51,652 nt of DNA from positions 1 to 51,652 of the forward strand of contig JAICQP010000003.1 of NCBI GenBank assembly GCA_025937815.1, in the 5' to 3' direction. Of the stretch, positions 46,854 to 51,652 are shown piece by piece. The notes under the pieces were generated by a model that saw only the letters and a list, made by a program, of their open reading frames with translations, did not search any database and was not told the DNA's origin. Position 1 is the stretch's first letter. Every line of letters begins with the position of its first letter. The DNA comes from Gemmatimonadota bacterium. GTDB lineage: Bacteria; Gemmatimonadota; Gemmatimonadetes; JACCXV01; JAHWKZ01. Position numbers and translations under genes: made by a program.

Positions 46854-48597
46854 TCTTCGGCTCCGACGCTCCACCTCGGCGCTCCCGGATCACATTGGCG
46901 CGCACGTGCTGCACGGCTTCCTCCGGGGAGAACCGCGCCATGTCCTTCCGAGCGCTGCGGCGGGCTACCTCGACCATGCCGCTCTCCAGCCCCCGATCGC
47001 CGACCACGATCCGCCACGGGATCCCGACCAGGTCCGCGTCGGCGAACTTCGACCCCGCCCGGTCCGCCCGGTCGTCGAGCAGCGCTTCCAGTCCCTCGGC
47101 CCGGCACTCCTCGTAGATCCTCTCCGCCGCCTCGACGACCCGCGCGGAGTCCATGTTGAGCGGTATGATCTCGACCTCGTACGGCGCGATCGCCGTCGGC
47201 CAGACGATCCCGTTCTCGTCGTGGTTCTGCTCGATCGCGGCCGCCACTACGCGCGTGATCCCGAGGCCGTAGCAGCCCATCAGGAACGGCTTCTGCGTCC
47301 CGTCCTCGTCGAGGAAGGTGGCTCCCATCGGCTCGCTGTACTTCGTGCCGAGCTTGAATATGTGGCCGACTTCGATGCCCCGCGTCTCGTCGAGCGCGGT
47401 TCCGCACCGGGGACACGGATCGCCGCCCACCAACCGGACCGCATCGATCCAGTCCTCCGGCTCCACGTCGCGCCCGATCTCGAGACCGGTGACGTGGAAT
47501 CCCGTCCGGTTCGCGCCCGCCACCAGGTTCCCGCGGCCGGCGAGCGAGTAGTCGGCCACCACGCGCACGTCTTTCGGGAGCCCGTGCGGGCCCGCGAAGC
47601 CGACGTCCGCTCCCGTCACCTCGCGGACGCGCTCCGACCCGGCCATCTCGACCCGGTCGACGGCGAGCGCCCGGCCGAGCTTCTCCTCGTCGATCTCGCG
47701 GTCGCCGCGGACCAGGACCGCGACCGTGCGGCCGTCCATCTGGAACAGAAGCGTCTTCACGAACTCCGAGGGGTCGCGGGCCAGGAGCTCGGAAACCTCT
47801 TCCACCGTCGTCTTCCCGGGGGTCGCGACTTCCTCCAGCGGCTTCGCGTCGCGACCGGCCGGCGGCTCGTGAGCCACCCTGGCGGCCTCCGCGCGGCCCG
47901 ACGACGCCGCATACCCGCAGCTCGGACAGCTGAACACTACGCTCTCGCCCGTGTCGACCAGCACCATGAACTCGTGGTTCACGTCGCCGCCGATCTCGCC
48001 CGCCGATGCCTCCACATCGCGGAACGCCAGACCGCAGCGGGTGAAGATCCGGCTGTACGCCTCGCGGAATTCGCCGTACGTCGCGTCCAGCGAGACCTCG
48101 TCGGCGTGAAACGAGTAGGCGTCCTTCATCGTGAACTCGCGGCCGCGCATGACCCCGAAGCGGGGCCGGATCTCGTCGCGGAACTTGGTCTGGATCTGAT
48201 AGAGCGATAGCGGGAGCTGGCGGTACGAGCGCACCTCGTGCCGGACGAGATCGGTGACGACCTCCTCGTGCGTCGGCCCTAGCGCGTACTGGCGGTCGTG
48301 GCGGTCGGCTAGCCGCATCATGAGCGGGCCGTACAGGTCCCAGCGCCCGGTCTCCCGCCACAGCTCCGCCGGGTGCAGGATCGGCAGCATGAGCTCGATC
48401 GCTCCGATCCGCTCCAGCTCCTGCCGCACGATCTCGTCGATCTTGAGGATCACCCGCTGGCAGAGGGGCAGATAGGAGTAGATCCCCCGCGCCACCTGCC
48501 GCAGCAGGCCGGCCCGCACCATCAGGCGGTGGCTGACCACCTCGGCGTCGGCGGGATCTTCCTTGAGCGTGGGAATGAAGGCGCGGGTCCAGCGCAT
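46846..48597 (-). CDS. proS: Proline--tRNA ligase (with editing domain)
   Basis: LGPTHEE, QTKFRDEIRPRFGVMRGREF, ATPG/GFAGP editing insert, GIEVGHIFKLGTKYS, MGCYGLG. Confidence 0.97.
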   Translation of the reverse strand: MRWTRAFIPTLKEDPADAEVVSHRLMVRAGLLRQVARGIYSYLPLCQRVILKIDEIVRQELERIGAIELMLPILHPAELWRETGRWDLYGPLMMRLADRHDRQYALGPTHEEVVTDLVRHEVRSYRQLPLSLYQIQTKFRDEIRPRFGVMRGREFTMKDAYSFHADEVSLDATYGEFREAYSRIFTRCGLAFRDVEASAGEIGGDVNHEFMVLVDTGESVVFSCPSCGYAASSGRAEAARVAHEPPAGRDAKPLEEVATPGKTTVEEVSELLARDPSEFVKTLLFQMDGRTVAVLVRGDREIDEEKLGRALAVDRVEMAGSERVREVTGADVGFAGPHGLPKDVRVVADYSLAGRGNLVAGANRTGFHVTGLEIGRDVEPEDWIDAVRLVGGDPCPRCGTALDETRGIEVGHIFKLGTKYSEPMGATFLDEDGTQKPFLMGCYGLGITRVVAAAIEQNHDENGIVWPTAIAPYEVEIIPLNMDSARVVEAAERIYEECRAEGLEALLDDRADRAGSKFADADLVGIPWRIVVGDRGLESGMVEVARRSARKDMARFSPEEAVQHVRANVIRERRGGASEPKSG

Positions 48598-48749
48598 GGA
48601 GGCGCAATGTATCCGGCCGCGCCGTGGCGGTGCTAGGCCGGCACTTTCGGCAGGAAATGACGCTCGTTAGGTTGTTGCGGCGCGCGACCCCTGCCTCTGA
48701 CCGAGGTGCCGCCGGAGTCGACGCACAGGAATACAGGGGAGAGTAGCGA

Positions 48750-50279
48750 ATGGCCCAGCTCTTTCGACGCAAGCCGATCGCCGAGGCGCGCGCGGAGGTC
48801 GGGCTCGACCCGCAGGCCGTGGTCGAGCCCGGTCTACGCCGTTCGCTGACGGCGTGGCAGCTGACCGCGCTCGGCATCGGCGCGATCATCGGCGCCGGGA
48901 TCTTCTCGGGTGCGGGAACGGCCGTCGCCGGCGGTCCCAACCACCTGGGCGCGGGCCCGGCACTCGTCATCTCCTACATCCTGGTGGCCGTGGCGTGCGG
49001 GTTCGCGGCGCTCTGCTACGCCGAGTTCGCCTCGCTCATCCCCCAATCCGGGAGCGCCTACACCTACGCGTACGCGACCCTCGGGGAGCTGGTCGCCTGG
49101 ATCATCGGGTGGGACCTGATCATCGAATACGCCGTCGGCAATATCGCCGTGGCGGTCTCCTGGTCGGCCTACTTCCAGACGCTCCTGCGAGGCTTCGGCA
49201 TGGGCTTCCCGGAGTGGCTGGCGACCGACCCCCGGACGGCGCTCCAGGCCTTCAGCCAGCTCCAGGCGGATCCCACGATCACCGCCGCCTCCATCGTCGA
49301 CGCGGCGCGGGCCTGGACCACAGCGCCCGAGATCTACGGGCTGCGGGTCATCTTCAATCTCCCGGCCGTCCTGATCGTCGCGCTCATCACCTGGGTCCTG
49401 GTGATCGGGATTCGGGAGAGCGCCAGGGTCAACACCGTAATGGTCGTGATCAAGCTCGCGATCCTGTTCTTCTTCGTCGCCGTGGGCGCGTTCTGGGTGC
49501 GCCCGGAGAACTGGACTCCGTTCGCTCCGAACGGATGGGCCGGAATCACGGCCGGAGCGGCCCTGATCTTCTTCGCCTACATCGGATTCGACGCCGTATC
49601 GACGGCCGCGGAGGAGGCCGAGAACCCGCAGCGCGACATGCCGCGCGCGATGATCGCATCGCTGATAGTCACCTCGATCATCTACGTGGTCGTGACGCTC
49701 GTCATGACGGGGCTCATCCCGTGGAATCAGCACGGCACCGCGGACCCCCTGGCCAGCGCATTCGTCGACCGCGGCTACGACTGGGCGGCCGCGATCATCT
49801 CCATCGGCGCGGTGGTGTCGATGGCGACGGTGCTCCTCGTGTTCCAGCTCGGCCAGCCCCGCATCTTCTTCTCGATGGCGCGGGACGGGCTCCTCCCCGG
49901 CTGGGCCGCGAAGCTCCATCCGAAGTTCCGGACGCCGCACGTGACGACGATTCTGACCGGCGTGTTCGTCGCCTTCTTCGCCGCGTTCGCGAACATAAAC
50001 GAGGTCATCGAGCTGACGAACATCGGCACGCTGTTCGCGTTCGTGCTGGTCGCGATCGGCGTGATGGTGCTCCGCGTCCGGGAGCCGGAGCGGCATCGCC
50101 CGTTCCGGACGCCCTTCATCTGGTTCGTGGCTCCGGCTGCGGTGTTGTCCTGCTTCTACCTGATGCTGCAGCTCCCCGGTGTGACCTGGATGCGGTTCGT
50201 GATCTGGCTCGTGGCGGGGGTGTTCATCTACGCGGCCTACGGGTATCGCAAGAGCCGCTTGCGGCGGCAGCGCGGGTGA
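48750..50279 (+). CDS. APC-family amino acid permease
   Basis: GIGAIIGAGIF, CYAEFAS..P.SGSAYTY, FFAYIGFDAVST, MARDGLLP. Confidence 0.95.
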   Translation: MAQLFRRKPIAEARAEVGLDPQAVVEPGLRRSLTAWQLTALGIGAIIGAGIFSGAGTAVAGGPNHLGAGPALVISYILVAVACGFAALCYAEFASLIPQSGSAYTYAYATLGELVAWIIGWDLIIEYAVGNIAVAVSWSAYFQTLLRGFGMGFPEWLATDPRTALQAFSQLQADPTITAASIVDAARAWTTAPEIYGLRVIFNLPAVLIVALITWVLVIGIRESARVNTVMVVIKLAILFFFVAVGAFWVRPENWTPFAPNGWAGITAGAALIFFAYIGFDAVSTAAEEAENPQRDMPRAMIASLIVTSIIYVVVTLVMTGLIPWNQHGTADPLASAFVDRGYDWAAAIISIGAVVSMATVLLVFQLGQPRIFFSMARDGLLPGWAAKLHPKFRTPHVTTILTGVFVAFFAAFANINEVIELTNIGTLFAFVLVAIGVMVLRVREPERHRPFRTPFIWFVAPAAVLSCFYLMLQLPGVTWMRFVIWLVAGVFIYAAYGYRKSRLRRQRG

Positions 50280-50599
50280 TCGCCCGCACCTGGCACGGCC
50301 GCGTTCCGGCCGCGAAGGCGGACGCCTACCGCGCGTTCCTGGACCGCTCGGGCCTGTCGGAGTACCGCGCCACCCCGGGCTTTCGGGGTATCGTGGTCTT
50401 GCGCCGCACCGAGGCCGACGTGACCCATTTCGTGCTGACGACGTTCTGGGAATCATGGGACGCGATCCGGCGCTTCGCGGGCGACGACCCCGAGCGCGCG
50501 AAGTACTACCCCGAGGACGACGACTTCCTTCTCGAAAAGGAGCCGACCGTCATCCACCACGAGGCGCTGCTCGCCGAGCTGCCTCCCGGAGTGGGGTGA
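50276..50599 (+). CDS. Antibiotic biosynthesis monooxygenase (ABM)-like protein
   Basis: GTGA overlap; IARTWHG, TPGFRG, TFWESWDAIRRFAG..A.YYPED. Confidence 0.8.
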   Translation: MIARTWHGRVPAAKADAYRAFLDRSGLSEYRATPGFRGIVVLRRTEADVTHFVLTTFWESWDAIRRFAGDDPERAKYYPEDDDFLLEKEPTVIHHEALLAELPPGVG

Positions 50600-50629
50600 T
50601 CCTGCTGGCTTGCCGCGGGGCGTGGCGGT

Positions 50630-51652
50630 CTATTCGGAAGCGATGCGGTAGATCGCCCCGGCCCCGTCGTCGCTGACCAGCAGCGCCCCGTCGGACATGA
50701 CGAGGACATCGACCGGCCGGCCCCACGCCTCGTCCCCCTGGAGCCAGCCCTCGGCGAACGTCTCCTCCGCGACCGGACGGCCGTTCTCCAGCCGGACGGC
50801 CACCACGCGATAGCCCACCTTCGAGCTCCGGTTCCACGACCCGTGCTCGGCGATGAAGATCCGGCCGCGGTATTCCGCCGGGAACATCGCCCCGTCGTAG
50901 AACCGCATTCCCAGCGCGGCGACGTGCGCGCCGAGCTTCCAGGCTGGCGACTCGAACTCCCCGCAGCGGCGCCGGTCGCCGAACGCGGGATCCGCGAGGT
51001 CGCCCTGGTGGCAGAAGGGATAGCCGAAGTGGAGACCGGCGCGGGGCGCGACGTTCAGCTCGTCGGCGGGAATATCGTCCCCCAGCTCGTCGCGCCCGTT
51101 GTCGGTGAACCAGAGCTCGCCGGTCTCCGGGTGCCAGTCGAAGCCGACCGTGTTCCGTACACCGGATGCGAAGGTTTCGAATCCTGTGCCGTCAGGGTTC
51201 ATGCGCGCGATCCCCGCGAGCGGAAACTCCGGGTCGCAGATGTTGCACGGCGCTCCCAGACCGACATAGAGCTTTCCGTCGGGCCCGAAGCCGATGTAGC
51301 GCCATTCGTGATGCTCGGTCTCGGGCAGGGCGCGCACGATGGTGGCCAGCGGAACGTCGTCGAACCCGCGCCCGGACGACACGAAGTCGTCGATCGCGGC
51401 GTAGCGGACGACGCGGTTGTACTCCGCCACGTAGAGCGAGCCGTCGCGCCACGCGACCCCGTTCGGCTGACGCAGGCCGCGCGCGATCGTAACGACCCGG
51501 TCGGCCGCGCCGTCCTCGTCCTCGTCCACGAGCGCGTACACGCTGCCGTCGCCGCGATCGCGCGTTCCCACGTACACGATCCCGGACGGCGACAGCGTCA
51601 TGGACCGCGCTCCCGGCACGTCCTGCGCGTACATCGCGATCACGAACCCCGG
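50630..51652 (-). CDS. PQQ-dependent sugar/sorbosone dehydrogenase family protein; 5' end off the window
   Basis: GAPCNIC, GVRNTVGFDWHP, WFTDNGRD, HGSWNRS, GRPVDV...DGALLVSDD; frame open to the window edge. Confidence 0.9.
   Translation of the reverse strand, partial: PGFVIAMYAQDVPGARSMTLSPSGIVYVGTRDRGDGSVYALVDEDEDGAADRVVTIARGLRQPNGVAWRDGSLYVAEYNRVVRYAAIDDFVSSGRGFDDVPLATIVRALPETEHHEWRYIGFGPDGKLYVGLGAPCNICDPEFPLAGIARMNPDGTGFETFASGVRNTVGFDWHPETGELWFTDNGRDELGDDIPADELNVAPRAGLHFGYPFCHQGDLADPAFGDRRRCGEFESPAWKLGAHVAALGMRFYDGAMFPAEYRGRIFIAEHGSWNRSSKVGYRVVAVRLENGRPVAEETFAEGWLQGDEAWGRPVDVLVMSDGALLVSDDGAGAIYRIASE

Overview
High-GC bacterial chromosomal window. Gene content and style suggest Gemmatimonadota, which is inference only. 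It is densely coding, with about 48 CDS plus tRNA-Gln(CTG), and I found no CRISPR array, IS element or prophage. Housekeeping genes: xerD, queG, uvrC, murJ, queE, nfo, kbl, tdh, trxB, ddl, a suhB-like gene and proS. Accessory modules of most interest: (i) a sigma54-promoter-led unit encoding a TPR-fused TonB-dependent receptor, a 7TM histidine kinase and an NtrC-type activator, followed by hpnCDE and a ferredoxin; (ii) a translationally coupled queE-luxE-luxC unit with no luxAB or luxD, next to a divergent-motif patatin that seems to start at ATT; (iii) a stand-alone degenerate WYL protein divergent from a cold-shock protein with an amphipathic N-terminal extension, separated by a nested repeat; (iv) a YbiT-like ABC-F preceded by an AT-rich leader with a uORF and a long hairpin; (v) three tandem Cys-rich Ig-like lipoproteins beside the tRNA. 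Many true starts differ from the supplied ORF track because of NTGA stop/start coupling and apparently leaderless genes. All assignments come from reading motifs by eye; no searches were run.
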